A stretch of 64,000 nt of DNA, from assembly GCA_009103225.1 (NCBI GenBank), contig RHPI01003330.1, forward strand, positions 194,472 through 258,471. The letters run 5' to 3'. The notes beneath the pieces were generated by a model. The model worked only from the letters and a program-made list of their open reading frames with translations, ran no database searches and was not told the origin of the DNA. The stretch is from Chlorokybus atmophyticus. Lineage: Eukaryota; Plantae; Mesostigma and Chlorokybus algae. This document shows, one piece after another, positions 1 to 14,781 of the stretch; position 1 is the first letter of the stretch, and every line of letters starts with the position of its first letter. Made by a program: the position numbers and the translations under genes.

Positions 1-2943
1 ATCTGCAGCGTATGCTGCCGATGGGAGCGTTTGCAGATGGCCGGCCAGGCCAAGGAGACGGCCGGCCGCTCGATCTCAGCGGCACAGCCGCAGCAGCCGG
101 AGCCGCAAGCAGCATGCATTGTGCATGGCTGCAAGCCAGGATGCTGCTACCACAGCAGAGCAGCAGGAGCCTCCTAGAATGGCAGTAACTCAGGTAATAT
201 GAGCATTCAATTTTCACTTGAGTGCAAAACACGTGGTTCGGGACATTGCGTTTGCCTGCTTGGAAGGCTGGGTGGTGCCTGCTTGTCTACGAAATTAGCT
301 GTGCAAAGCGTTCATGGTGTCTGTAGCACAAGCGTCAGTAACTGACAGGATGGCTCTAAGCACGACAATGTGCAAAGCGTGTTAGTTTGCTCGCATCTTC
401 GTGTGTGTGCGTGCGTGCGAATGTCAATGCCAACCAGATCAATCACATGTTTCATGGTAGAGGGCATGGCAGTGCTGTTGGACTACCTTCCTGTAACGCG
501 TTCAATAGGCTGCATGCACTAAGTGGAACAGTGCACTGAGTGTGCCACAGCAGCTCAACGATTACGTAAGCAGACAATAACAAAGCTGCACGGCTGTGAT
601 CTGCAAAGGTGTCCCCTGGAACGGCATCGTCAGTCACACACGTCCTTAATAGCTTGCTTGATTGAGGCACATTGGTCCAGTCCGACTACTGTCCAAAACG
701 ACATGCATTGCCTTGGGATGTTCAACAGTTGCTATAGCAGGACGATGACCATGCGGTGGGGATCAGCGGCTATGCGCACACCGACAACGTGGAAGAGGCA
801 ACCATGAGGCATGTCTCCAGTCGCTCGCAGCCCTCATTCAAGGGCACCTCAATAGAGATTAGGGATTTAGTGAAGCAGGTATGTGGTTGCCTGTCTCCGT
901 CGTATACGCTGTTATTCTGTCACATGCAAACACGTCCATGTTGCAGTACTCTACCAAAACTGGCTACTTTTTGGCGGTTGACAATGTATCATTAATTATT
1001 AGGCCCGGCGCGCTGATGGCCCTGTTAGGTGAGACCACTTGATCTTCGTGGCACTCGATGTGACCAGTGCCCTGACAGATCAATGTCTGATTCACGCAGG
1101 ACCTTCTGGGTCAGGTAAGACCACATTGCTGCGGACGATTGCGGGCTTAGATAACCCCACCTCAGGAAGCGTTTTCTTTGATGGCGAAGATGTTACGGAC
1201 TCCCGAGTGCAAGTACGCCATGCAGTGGCAGCTTCAATTGCACAGCATGTCGCTGTCTTATGGTCAGGATGCCATGGGTTCGGCGTTGATCGTGCTCTGA
1301 TTAACATAGTTGTTACTGCCAGGATCGAGGCATTGGTATGGTCTTCCAAAACTATGCTCTGTTCAAGCACATGACGGTTGCAGAAAATGTTGGGTTTGGT
1401 CCATACATTCAAAGGCAATCAAAGGTAAGAACCCGCGGCATGCACCAGCTTGTCACTGGTATTGATTTGGCATTACAGGCAAGGATAAAAACAAAGGTGA
1501 AGGAGTTGTTGGAGCTCATTCAGTTGCCCAACCTGGGGAATCGGTTTCCGCAAGAGGTACTGATAGAACCTTTGATTCCTTGCTCATTGCATGCATTACA
1601 TGCAACATCTTACTGGCTCTCCGCTGCTGGAGCTTCAGTGCATCTAGTACATTACTGGTGTTGCATTTGAAGCACACCAACTTGTCGTGCAGCTTTCTGG
1701 TGGACAGCGACAGCGGGTTGCATTGGCGAGAGCACTAGCCTGTGAACCGCGAGTCTTGCTACTTGATGAACCGTTTGGAGCCCTGGATGCTGTTGTTCGT
1801 CAAGTAAGGAGACTGTTCTGTAGTCCGTATTGTGTACCGGCATTGTCATCTGAAGAAACATGCACAGGATCTACGGGTGTGGTTGAAGGAGTTGCATCAT
1901 TCGTTGGGAATGACGACCATCTTCGTTACGCATGATCAAGTATGTGCCTGCCCTTGAGCCTACCGTCAGCTGTATATGTACTCGAATCATATGGTAAAGT
2001 TCTGTTTCACTTTGGTCTTGCCAGGAGGAAGCCATGGAGGTTGCTGACACTATTGCCATCTTCAACCGTGGCAGATTAACTCAGGCAAGTTGTGAATCAA
2101 TGTGCAGCGCATGGCAGGAGTGCATGGACATATATAGCGCTACCACAGTTTATCAACTGCCAGTCGCAACATTTTCACAAAGTGGCTGCGGCTGTGCTTC
2201 TTGTTTGACTACACAGGTGGGCTCCCCAGAGGACGTGTGGGAGCGGCCGGCAAATCCGTTTACCATGAACTTCCTCGGAGAGGTAACTGCCAACGCCATT
2301 GCAAATCCAAGCCGTTGCTGTTGTGGGCTGACTGGCTCAACCTGTGTGTTGTTCAGGTCAACTCGTTGCCAGCTACCTGTAAAGCAGTACGCGAGACAGG
2401 AATCCGCACGCAGAAGCCCAGCGTGAGTGTCCTGCAGCTGGCGGTGTGCTTGCAGTGCACCTCCTGACTCAACACTCATATTGTTTTGCCCTGCAGGTGC
2501 TGCTGCGGCCTACAGATGTAGTTGTGTATGACCGGCCTCCTACTGATCGTAACACTACGCCTGCTGTCATCTCTGATGTCATCAATGTCGGGTGGGAGGT
2601 ATGCGTGCGTTTGCTGCTTGCACTGTTTGTGTGTATTCTGCCAGGCTCTAAAATATGTCCTTGCTTGGTGATGTTCTCTGCCTTTCTGGGACTCAGAGTG
2701 TTCTTGACTTCAACAAGTTGCTTAAGTTGCTTTGCCATGGTTTTTAACCAGATTGCTGATTGTGCGGAGTGTTTGGTTTGATTGTAGGTTCGGTACGAGC
2801 TCAAGTACGACGATGGCCAGCGCATCACGATGGTTATGGACAGAGCGGAGTATGAAGAACAGCCCATGGCTGCGACTGACCGTGTTTATGTGGAGCTGGA
2901 CCCAGCATGCTTGATGCCATATGACAGAAATGAGCTGTTGTAG
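1..2943 (+). CDS. cysA: Sulfate/thiosulfate ABC transporter ATP-binding subunit (CysA/Sabc-like) with putative plastid transit peptide; multi-exon, 5' partial
   Basis: Spliced exons (e.g. 741-878, 947-1028, 1100-) give [28 protein letters not shown]...GPSGSGKT (Walker A), [48 protein letters not shown] (Walker B/D-loop), [12 protein letters not shown] and a TOBE-like C-terminus ending at TAG 2941-2943. The frame at 2-193 is Arg/Ser/Ala-rich and ends at a GT donor (194). Confidence 0.88.
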
Positions 2944-4627
2944 GCTGTTGTCTGTGAATGTCATAGACCATCCATGGAAGTCCTGTGCCAGTTTGGTATC
3001 GGTATACGGTGTTGCCTGTGTGTTGCCAGTAGTGTCAGACCTTGGGTGGCCTGTTCTTGTGCTGCAACAGGTTTTCTTATGGTGCATATTGTTAAGGCGA
3101 AGTGTACTGGCCACGAGAGCGCTGGCAGCCACTGCAGTAATAATGATTATCCCATATGGTGGTCCAGCAATTCAAGCTGAACACTGCACACCAGTTGCTG
3201 CTCTGACCGAAGTTCTGCAAGCACATCTTGTTGCAGGTGCATCCCAGCCTTAGGCACAAGCACATGATATGCATGCCAAAGACATAGCCTGGAATTTCTG
3301 CACGCAGATATGAGGACACAGCGCTGCACAAAGGTGAAGGTTGTGACTGTTAACTCAGGGTGACCTCCGACTCAAAGGTCAGGCTCTGACTCATTGTGGT
3401 GGCGCACATAATTCATTTGCACTACCTTGTAATGTTCTGAGTGCTATGCGCATACGCCCTCGGTGGAATGTAGTACCTGCAAACTTCAGTTTGCGTTGCG
3501 TTGGGGTAGGAAAGGTTGGCTTCACCACTATATTTCAGTACACAATCCCATGTCCCAGTGTAGTTTAATACTGTGCCTAACACAACATATCACAACCGGC
3601 ACCACAATACAAGTGGCACCCACTACTGCCCCGTGCTCACACCATGCCGCCCAATGCCACCTCTCAGTCATGAGCAGTACCGCGTGCAGGCGGGCGTCGT
3701 TTACCGATGCCGCTCGTCGCTGGAGCATCGCCCACACATGCGCTTGCTGCAATGTACACGCCACTGGATAGTGCAACAGCGCGATGAAGCCGCTCAGCCT
3801 ACTCGATTGCAGCGCTCGGCCGTACACGGCCCTGCGCGCGCATGACGGAGCTTGTGAAATTCCTCGCCTAGTGCATCGTGGGTCGCTTCAACCATTCTTG
3901 CATATACGGAGAAGATGGAAACCTAACCTGATCTGATGAAAGAAATACCTTATATATCATTGTGGCGGTAACGGACTAGTGTGACAGTGTGGAACTCGTC
4001 AACAGTGCAGTTATGTACATGTACATACATTGTCATACATCGTGTCGATGGTCCCATCACATGTATGCTCAGTCTATCAGTACAGGGTGTTGCTATGCCT
4101 GACCACATGGTCAACACTAGATAGCAGGCCTGCATGTACATGGCAGCATTGGTAAGCTATTACCATGGTCACCATTTCAGAATTACTGTGCAGCTTGCAG
4201 CAATGCGTATTTGTCTATCCTTCAAGACACTGTGTACATGATGATATCCCGTGCAGAGAACAAACAGCCAACGTGAGCAATTGCAAGCAGTAACGCAGCC
4301 AACAACCTCAGGACCACCATACTGTGTTTTTTGATAGTCTGTGCATATGCCATTATCGCAATGCACAGGTTAGAGGCTAGTGTAGCCTTACTACTCCAAC
4401 AGAGACATCACAAACATCTCACGCCAAACAGAAGCACTGACACAGAAGCGGCAAGTGCACGGGGTCCAACTGCAGCTATGCTGCCTAGCCTAGTTATGTG
4501 TACGCTAAGTATACTAGGGGTACTAGTTAGGAAGGTGGGAAGAGTGGGAGACGGTCTGTACAAGAGCCATGTGAGGCGGCAACCGGCACAGCTGACTAGC
4601 TGTACAGGCTACAAGAGTGGAGCTCTT

Positions 4628-6458
<1,831 letters not shown>

Positions 6459-7379
6459 TTAGTAGACAAGCAGCGGAAAAGCGTCGGCTGCGGTAAGCTG
6501 GTCTTCAGGAACAACGGCAACCCGTGGCAGCCTCACCAACAACCTTGCCGACGCCGTCAACACTGCCACCACCACTGCTTGCTTGCTTGCTTGGTATGGT
6601 TCGCTGCAAATGGTGAGTTGTGCACTTTTTATTCACCGCACTCTGCCTGTGGTTGTTTACACATGTGCACAACCGATATCGCCTCGATGACCGCAAACAA
6701 CCACTCTCATCCAGCTAACAACCAGTCACAGAACAGGATATCACCCAGAGCAAGTCCGATGTCGATTCCTCTCATGCTCGTGCTCACGCGCGAGCGGTGG
6801 CGTGCGCTTGTCGCCTCAATCACACAAAACGCCGGGTACCATTCCTCTCAACAAAAGACGCCTTCGGTCGCGGCTTGGACCGTTAGCGTTGGACGCCCGG
6901 CCGCGGGGTTGACCCTGCCAGCCGCAGCGTGCGTCACCAAGGTATTTGACGAGAGGAGAGAGAACTGTCGTTTTGTCGGGATGGAAAGGCAATGAATGGC
7001 AAAAAGGAAGCGGTGGACAGATTCCGTTTTATTCTACGCTCGCTGGCAGGACGGGAATGCGGGGCGTGGGGCTCCACGCCCTGTGTGTCGCACAGGTGCG
7101 CGTGTCGCGCTACGAAAAAGTCATGATGCAGCACACTGCGTGATAGGACAGCGCGCCAATTCGGTCTTAGCCCCTAGCTTTTGAGGTTGCTGGCGACATG
7201 CAAGGTGTTGCGCGCAAAGGCCCCTCCAGCATGAGGAAGAAAAGGACCGCCGCTGAGTCTCAGTGACTCATAGGCTATGAGTCGTGGGTGCGCGTCCTAG
7301 GTGCAAAGTTTTCCTCACACCACATTTGATGAAGATGGGCCGTCATTATGCATTGGCAGGGCTGTAGGCCACGGCAGGA

Positions 7380-9330
7380 GTTGTTATCTAAACTTTAAAC
7401 AATTTCATAAGCTACGGAGGCTTTCTTTATGCAATTGTACAATCATGCAAACCCATTCTGGTTGCTAACTGCCTTTAAACATGTAAATGCCCATAACAGT
7501 GGCATCGCAGCAAGCTGTTAAAGTTTGACAATGCAAATACAATATATAATTTGACCATAAAAAGTGCACATATATATAAAGTCATGCAACATGTTCTTTG
7601 CATCATTTTATCGCAAACGCGTATGTGCGCTTTATGCAAAGTAGCATGTTGCAGTGGTGGTAGATGTATTGTCGTAATTGGTAGTGCAGTATGCTGCATT
7701 GTATCACTGATACATTATATTATGGCATGATGTATAGTATATGCATTGTATTGTGCAATACAACGTGCATGCATATCTGGTATCGATATACGCACAGTAT
7801 AACTATTGAAACGTGTGTGTATTGTGCAGTTATTTGGTGCATTATTGCGCTATTATATACTGATCAACCACAAGAACCATCATGAATTGATACAAGTAAT
7901 CTACAAGAATTAATTGTTAAAATAATCCGACGATACATGCACTTTCTTCATTGCTGAATTAATATTGTTATACACTGTGTCTTATTCATCTTGTTGTAAA
8001 CGATTACTCTTCAAATTTCTGCCGTAAATGTACAAATGTGTAGCATCCGGCTTGTATCATATAATAACATTTAACGTGTTATTGATTAAGACAACCACAT
8101 GTCACACGTGAAGGGCCTTTACATTATGTGCATTAATTAATGTTGTATGTAAAGTACGTTGCCTCCTGCACAACATTGTTGTGGCTGCAGCCATGCTGAC
8201 AATAATCATGATGAAGCGTCAAGACTGTTTACATGTTGCACGCACGCACGCACACATGCTTCGCAGCAGGCTTTACATCTGCAAAGCACGTAATGAGTTG
8301 CATAGTAGGAGGGGTACCCATGAATAGCGAAAATTAGTTGGTGCGAATTAAGCCGACACGTCATAATATAGCACTACATGTTATAATTGTAGCATGGATC
8401 CGTATGAAATCCTCAACCATCAGCGCCTTTTACTGATGTGGCCTAGTGGAACACCCTCATTTTGTAACACCAAAGGTAGGCATGCAATGATCAACATGAC
8501 CAGACAATATCAAAACTACTCTCATTACGTAGTAAATACACATACCGCTCTGATCACTTACTGTGTAAAATGAGTGGTCGCTAATAGCTCATCAAGGTTA
8601 GGACTAGAGCCCACGTGTGTGAAAGGCATGACCGCATATATGTATATTGTACTCTTTATCATCCCCACCCTTCCTCATTCTCGCGAGAATTGATATACAA
8701 TATATGTTCTCAGTTGAAATGCATGTCTCATAATGAACATCAGTGGTCGTATTGAAGGAATTGTGAAGGGGAAGGGATGGGNNNNNNNNNNNNNNNNNNN
8801 NNNNNNNNNNNNNNNNNNNNNNNNNNNNNNNNNNNNNNGGAGACACGATAAATTTACGCGTGTGCATGTTTTATGTCATCAATCAAACATTGTGCCAATC
8901 TTTAATTTGTTCAAGATGGATATTGATGTTCTTAATTGAATAGTATCATCTCACCCTCCCCCTCACGAGATTATATGAGATTCATTATGCCTTTTATGCG
9001 AGCCCTTTACAAGCTCCGCATTCGAAACAAAAAATTTTTAATCGAGGGTTCTCAAGTTCAACTAATGGGCCTTGCTTGTGAGGAAAGACCGCATGCATCC
9101 CAATCAGTTGTGTCTGAACCATGTCAACAACATGCTACACGCAAACAAACATAATATAGAGAATGCTTGTATAACGTACTCAAAAAGGGGGGGATTGATA
9201 AGTACATGTTGTACTGTACATTTATCAATATTGTGCGTATGTGATAGTGGTTATGTTAACATGGTTGAAGAATTAAATCCTCCGATACATTCATACATGT
9301 GTAATACACATAATGAACAATCCTCCGGGC
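7380..9330. other. AT-rich non-coding island (similar islands at ~27320-28700 and ~55150-56650)
   Basis: Sampled lines are about one-third GC versus clearly GC-rich flanking exons; no credible ORFs. Boundaries are approximate. Confidence 0.6.
8782..8838. other. Assembly gap (N run)
   Basis: Run of N; further single Ns at 28874, 29228, 52904 and 56361. Confidence 0.99.
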
Positions 9331-9558
9331 CTTCTTGCGCCACCCCTTAGGCGCTTGCAGTACATAAGACAAGAACCGGATACACCCGGCCCATGTAGGT
9401 AGAGCACATAGCCTGGCGGTGGTCGTGTAAACATGTTAATGATGGTGCATGCTAAGAAGCGTGCGTGTGAATGTTGCATGTGCAGCAACAGAGTGCGCAT
9501 ATATGTCAGCATATATAATGCAGCACCCCGTATACACGGTAGTGTTCATCCACACTCC

Positions 9559-11252
9559 TTAGCAATCTCCGAACCTCAACCCGCGCGCCTTAGCCATCTC
9601 TCGCACCCGCTCAGCCGCCTCCTCCACATCCTCAAGCCCTCTATACCTCCACCCCTCCCCTACCAAGCTCTCTCTCGTCAAAACTCGCGTCGCCCCCCGT
9701 CTCGTGAGTCGCTCATGAAAGGCGCGCAGCTTCCCCGTGGCGTGGTTGGCGCCGATGACGCAGACGGGTGTTCCTGTTGAGCACGCCTCGCTGACCATGT
9801 TGACGGAGTCGGCTGTTACGATGAGGCGGTTGGACCAAGCCAACATGGCAAGGTAGGGGTTGGGGCCACGACCGTCCCAGACTTGAATATCTTGAGGACC
9901 TCTGCACTCTGCTCTCATGTCATTGTACAGAAAAGCAACATGTTTGGTCAGTAACGAGTGACTGGTAGCAAGTGCAAGGGCTATACTTGCTACCAGGAAA
10001 TGATTCAATAAACGATTGAGTGAGTGCATTCACAAACTCAACAGACACTCATAGGCCATACGCTATGACTTGTGCGCAAAAGTTCGTACATGGGATGAAC
10101 TTCAACAACAACTTGCTGTCCACACCTGCGAGCGTGGCGTGAAGGCGTCGTGCAAGCGCATCCGGCGTTCGTTGCGAGAGCGTAATCCTTGCACTTCCAC
10201 CCGTCTCACGCACCACCTCACCCACCACGCGCACGAGCTCCTCCACGAGCTCAACACCGTACGAGCACGAGCGCGCGGGTCCCCCCACGCACACGGTCAC
10301 AAGCGGCTTCGGGAGAGACCCGTACTCATCTCTCCACTGTTCTTTTGCCTTCTCCAACGCAGACTTGCTCACTCTATGCAGGGACCCCTCAGTGAGAATG
10401 ACATTACCTGAAGGGTGAGGGACGAACCAACGTAATGACCCGTCGGCTTTGAGCCAATCGTGCCTTGGCGTGATGACCGCGTCGAAGTGTGATACATCGC
10501 AGCGCGGGTGCTGAATCTGTATGAGAAAGATGTTGTCACTGGCTATGCGTTTGGCTTCTAATGCGGCTGCGACGGTGTCGCGACCAGATGCGACGACGAG
10601 TAAGGGTCCCTCATGTTGTTGTTGGTCGGCAAGGTCTGCGATGCGGGTGGCGAGGGCGTGGGGATCCGTGTAGCTGGTGACGCCTTGGTGTTGGGTTGTA
10701 GGTGTGTCGGCATGGCTCCACCAGGATGCGAGCTTCGTGTGCCAACTGACCGGGAGCGCGCGCAACAGGGAGGTGAAGGCTCCCCCATCCGGTCGCACGA
10801 TTCGCTGCAGATGGATTACATGACCACGCGCACATGCACTGTTACTGTGCATGTGCGCACATACACCCAAGAAGACATACATGTGTGCATGCGCACACGC
10901 ATGAGGCGTGCGATACACACATATGCAAAGAAACATGCGTCTGCGTACCCGCAATCACCCTCACACAATCACTCATGCACACGCATGCTCGCTCGTACAT
11001 GCGCATACGCAATCAGCCGCTCATAATCTCTACCCCCTCGCACTACCGCCACACCCACATTACTCAGCTAAAACCATACGTCCCTGCACCCCAACAACAC
11101 ACACTCACCAGCACCTCCCACACGGGCTCGACCTCCTCCTCCTCCCCCTCCCCCTCCGGTCCCAGCAGCGCCTGTACGAGCCCCCGACACTGGTTCTCCG
11201 CCCCCGCGGCGCCGTTGCCGATCACCACGCCGCAACGGATGACGGAAGGCAT
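9559..11252 (-). CDS. ELM1: Mitochondrial fission protein ELM1-like
   Basis: VVIGNGAAGAENQCRGLV, LVVASGRDTV, IQIQHPR...FDAVITPRHD, KPLVTVCVGGP, ITLSQRTP, VWDGRGPNPYLAMLAWS..IVTADSVNMVSEACSTGTPV: motifs typical of plant ELM1. Confidence 0.9.
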
Positions 11253-12638
11253 GGCTCACGTCGCGGTGTCGAACACACACGAGTGTGCTCGGACCTGCTA
11301 ACCAGAGCGAGGTGGAGCATGAGCGTGAGCATGAGCTTGGGCTGCACACTGCTAATGCTATGTGCTAGACTTAGAAAGTCAGTTGAAGACAGTTGAAGGT
11401 CAAGACAGGTCGCACAAGGTCAAGACAGTCGAGACAGTCGAAAGTTTAGCGTTATGCAAGGAACTTTTGTGCGTGCGGTCTGCCATCGTGTAAGATGCTC
11501 ACACGTGCAGGCACATGGGGTGTACGCACAATCACGCAAGCAAGCTACGGCAGGGGTAGATGCATGCGAGCTGATAGCTGCGTGTGCTGCCCCTAAAACA
11601 TTGCCAATATGAGGCAGGCTACGTAGGCATGTAGTACCGTCTTGGCGAATGCATTGCGCGTGTTTCAAGTGCATGCCTGAACAGCCGAAAAACTGTCCCA
11701 AATTACAAGCAACGCGGTCTGGTTCAGTGGCATAGTCATACCTGACCTAGCACGGGATGACATGGCAGTGTAGAGCACAGCATACCCTGCCAGGCAAGCA
11801 GAAAAAGTTCACTATGCTTGGGTTTAAGCTTTTCCTCATAGTCACCAAGACATCAGCAGGCCATCCTTGATAAGAATTTCAGCCACAATCACAACGACAT
11901 ATCATCCCCATTGCGAACATCAATTGTCTCACATGCTATGAGGTCGGCTGGCGTCCTCGCTCATGCTTCCGACGACGCCGCTAACGCCGCCGCCATGCAG
12001 GCGATGGGGGCAGTGTCCTTCTTTTTGTGTTGCTGGACTAAGCTTACCGAACAAGCCTCAGTGCATGTTGACGACTGACTGACTCAACTTGCCCACGTGA
12101 GTGCAAGTGCAAGGCGTCCGCCACACATGCGCGAAAGTTGTTCCACACACGTGAGAGGTACGTGTGTTGGTGGTGTTGGCCTGGCACCGAATGTAAGTCG
12201 AGTCTGCTTGGCACATGTCAAGTCATGTTGAGGTGCAGGTGAGACACGTTCAAGCTGCTGGTTGCCACCGCCGTACAGCCAAGCGCTTGATGATGTAGTA
12301 AACATCAGGGGTTAATGGCATGGTGCTGTGGTTCTGCCAGAGTAGTTAGGTAGGTTGCTGGCTTGTGGTCAGGTGACACACGCACAAGCATGCATGGGCT
12401 GTGCTTCCTTGCCTGCACACGGCCATATGCTATTTAAACCACAGTACAGGAATCAAACCTACCCCTACCTACCCCTACCTACCTACCTACAACCATGGTT
12501 ATGCACACTCAATTATGTACATAAGATGCAGCTCAAAGAGGCACATTGACCAACAAACACCAAGGGAAGTGAAGCATGCATAGAATCAAGTCGCGTTTTC
12601 CTCCGCCGTTTTCCCCTTGCTTTCGATTGGTCGGTGTC

Positions 12639-14781
12639 TCAAGCTGCAGCGCAGTCGATGAGGTCTGCGGAGGATGCAACTCGTTACACTACAGTTCATA
12701 ATCACATACAACATGCTGTACAGGTTGCATGTATGGAATGGTAGTGTACTTATTCCGGCGTCAAGCAGAAGACTTACTTTCAACTTGCAACAACGCTGCG
12801 GTCAGTTCCGACAACAGGCGCGCCTTGCGTGTCTGGCCTTCAGGGCTGGCAGCAACAGACCAAACAAGTTTGGCCATGGTAACATTCATTGCAATGAACA
12901 CAAGCTGCAACTGCAGGCAAACGCACCTCAATGCCTTGTCGGCCGTGGTTGATCTTGAGTCGGAAGCGCTGGCCTTGGTGACAGATGCTGGCGACGGAGA
13001 TGATGATGATGTTGACATAGAGTGGGACTTGCTCGCTTTGCTGCTGGTTGCACTGAGCAATCACAGACGGACGCTGTGAGATCTGCGCAAGCACGTGCAC
13101 ATGCGCACGAGCCCACCCACGCGCCCACCCACCCACACATGTAAGTGATCAAGTGCATACCTACCTATCTTGCCCTGGGGAACCATAGCTACTGTGATGA
13201 GCGCCAGAAGGAGTAGTAGTAGCGGCGGGCTCAAGCACGGCGCCAACCAAAACGTCCACATCGTCCTGAATGTCATCGACATGCACATGCACCAAGGCCG
13301 GGTTGTCCCGCTGCACTGCTTGCAGCAGCTTCAGCGCGCGAGGCCGCAGTGGCACACCTCTTAGATCCAACGCTGGGAAAAAGGGTAACAGAGGTTGACA
13401 ACAACAACAACAACAACAGCAACAGTGTTTGCTTTACTCGATCTACAGACAGCACAGACAGCAATCTCTTCTCACCTCTGAAGCCAGTGTCCGCACGCAT
13501 GGCATCGCACAGCGCCTTTACCCCTCGCCGCGTGATGCGCAGGTTGTGCGCGAGAGACAGAGTCCCGCCCTTTCTGCTTGCGTCATCGCTGTTGTCAAGT
13601 CTGTCAATGTGATGAAAGTCGCTGTCACCGCCACGTAAAGATGTTTGCCACTTGGACGCCGCTACTGCATACGCCCGCACCTGAGAGAAAGAAGAAGCAT
13701 TTTATGTATGTATGTTAGCAATAGTGGCAGCAGCAGCAGCAAAGTAGCAGAGGCATCAACAACAACTGCAATGACAACAGCGACACTAGCATCAATGCCA
13801 GCAACAACAACATGCTGACATGCACACGTACGTGCAGGAAGTGCGCGGCGCTTGCGGCTCCAGCGTCACCAATTCCGCACCCGGATAGGTCCACGCTGTC
13901 GACCATCACCATCCCCCTGATGTTGTTGCGCAGACGGGCAGAGAGGGCTCCGCAAACCAACGCAGCGCCCTCGTCACCGATGGCCGCGCCCGCAAAGGAG
14001 AGAGAGGCAAGCGCAGGACTCTGAGCTGAGATTGACACAGAGCGTCACATCACACAACTGTGAATTCAGAACTACCATCTCACTCTCTCTTCTCCCTTAC
14101 CGATGGCGTCGGTGAGGTTGCGCATGCCGGCCCGGCCAAGGCAGCACCCCACGTGCAGCTCTTGGATTCGGGTGGAGCGGTTGAGTGCGCTCGACAGCGC
14201 GGCTGCCAGGGCCGTTGCTGCGCGGTGGTCGCGGGCGAGAGGCTGGATCACGGGTGGGGTGTTGGCACCTGGTGAAGTTGAGGGTGAGACTCTCGGTACC
14301 AAATGTACACAGATAGTGATTATGAGCACATGCGCACAGGTACCCACGCATGCACATACGTATACACAAACACAGCGATGCTTTTGCGCATACACATGCA
14401 CGCACGCACGCACGCACAAGGTTGGATACTGGTGAGAGGCCTCAGCTTGTATCTCACGTTTAGAGGTGTGGCGTGTGTCACAGAATAGGCGTATGGCAGT
14501 GAGGCGTCTGCTGCTGGCATTGGCGGCGGCGGTGATGTTTTGCGCCAGGAGGCAGATCTCCGACGCAGAGAGGCCTACCAAATTGACCTGCTTACAGCAA
14601 CAACAATCACTCCTTCTGTTCCAGAAGGCATTCTGCTAGCACAAACGCGCATTCGCATGATGCTAACCTCGCACACGCCACCGCGCATGCCCGAGTCTCC
14701 AAGCCCCCCACTGCGAGCTGATGCCGGACGGTGCACGACAGCATCGCTGCTTTGATGATGTTGCCTGCGTGAGTTTTCCAC
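12639..14781 (-). CDS. RNI-like leucine-rich-repeat protein, probably CEP78-like centriolar protein; 5' end unresolved, may extend to ~15460
   Basis: Spliced exons give LSFAGAAIGDEGAALVCGAL, VDLSGCGIGDAGAASAAHFL, KWQTSLRG, LSLAHNLRITRRGVKALCDAMRADTGFR-ALDLRGV..., and a C-terminus KARLLSELTAALLQVENLIDCAAA* (TGA 12639-12641). The W..SLR insert between LRRs recalls CEP78 (recognised from memory). Confidence 0.6.
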
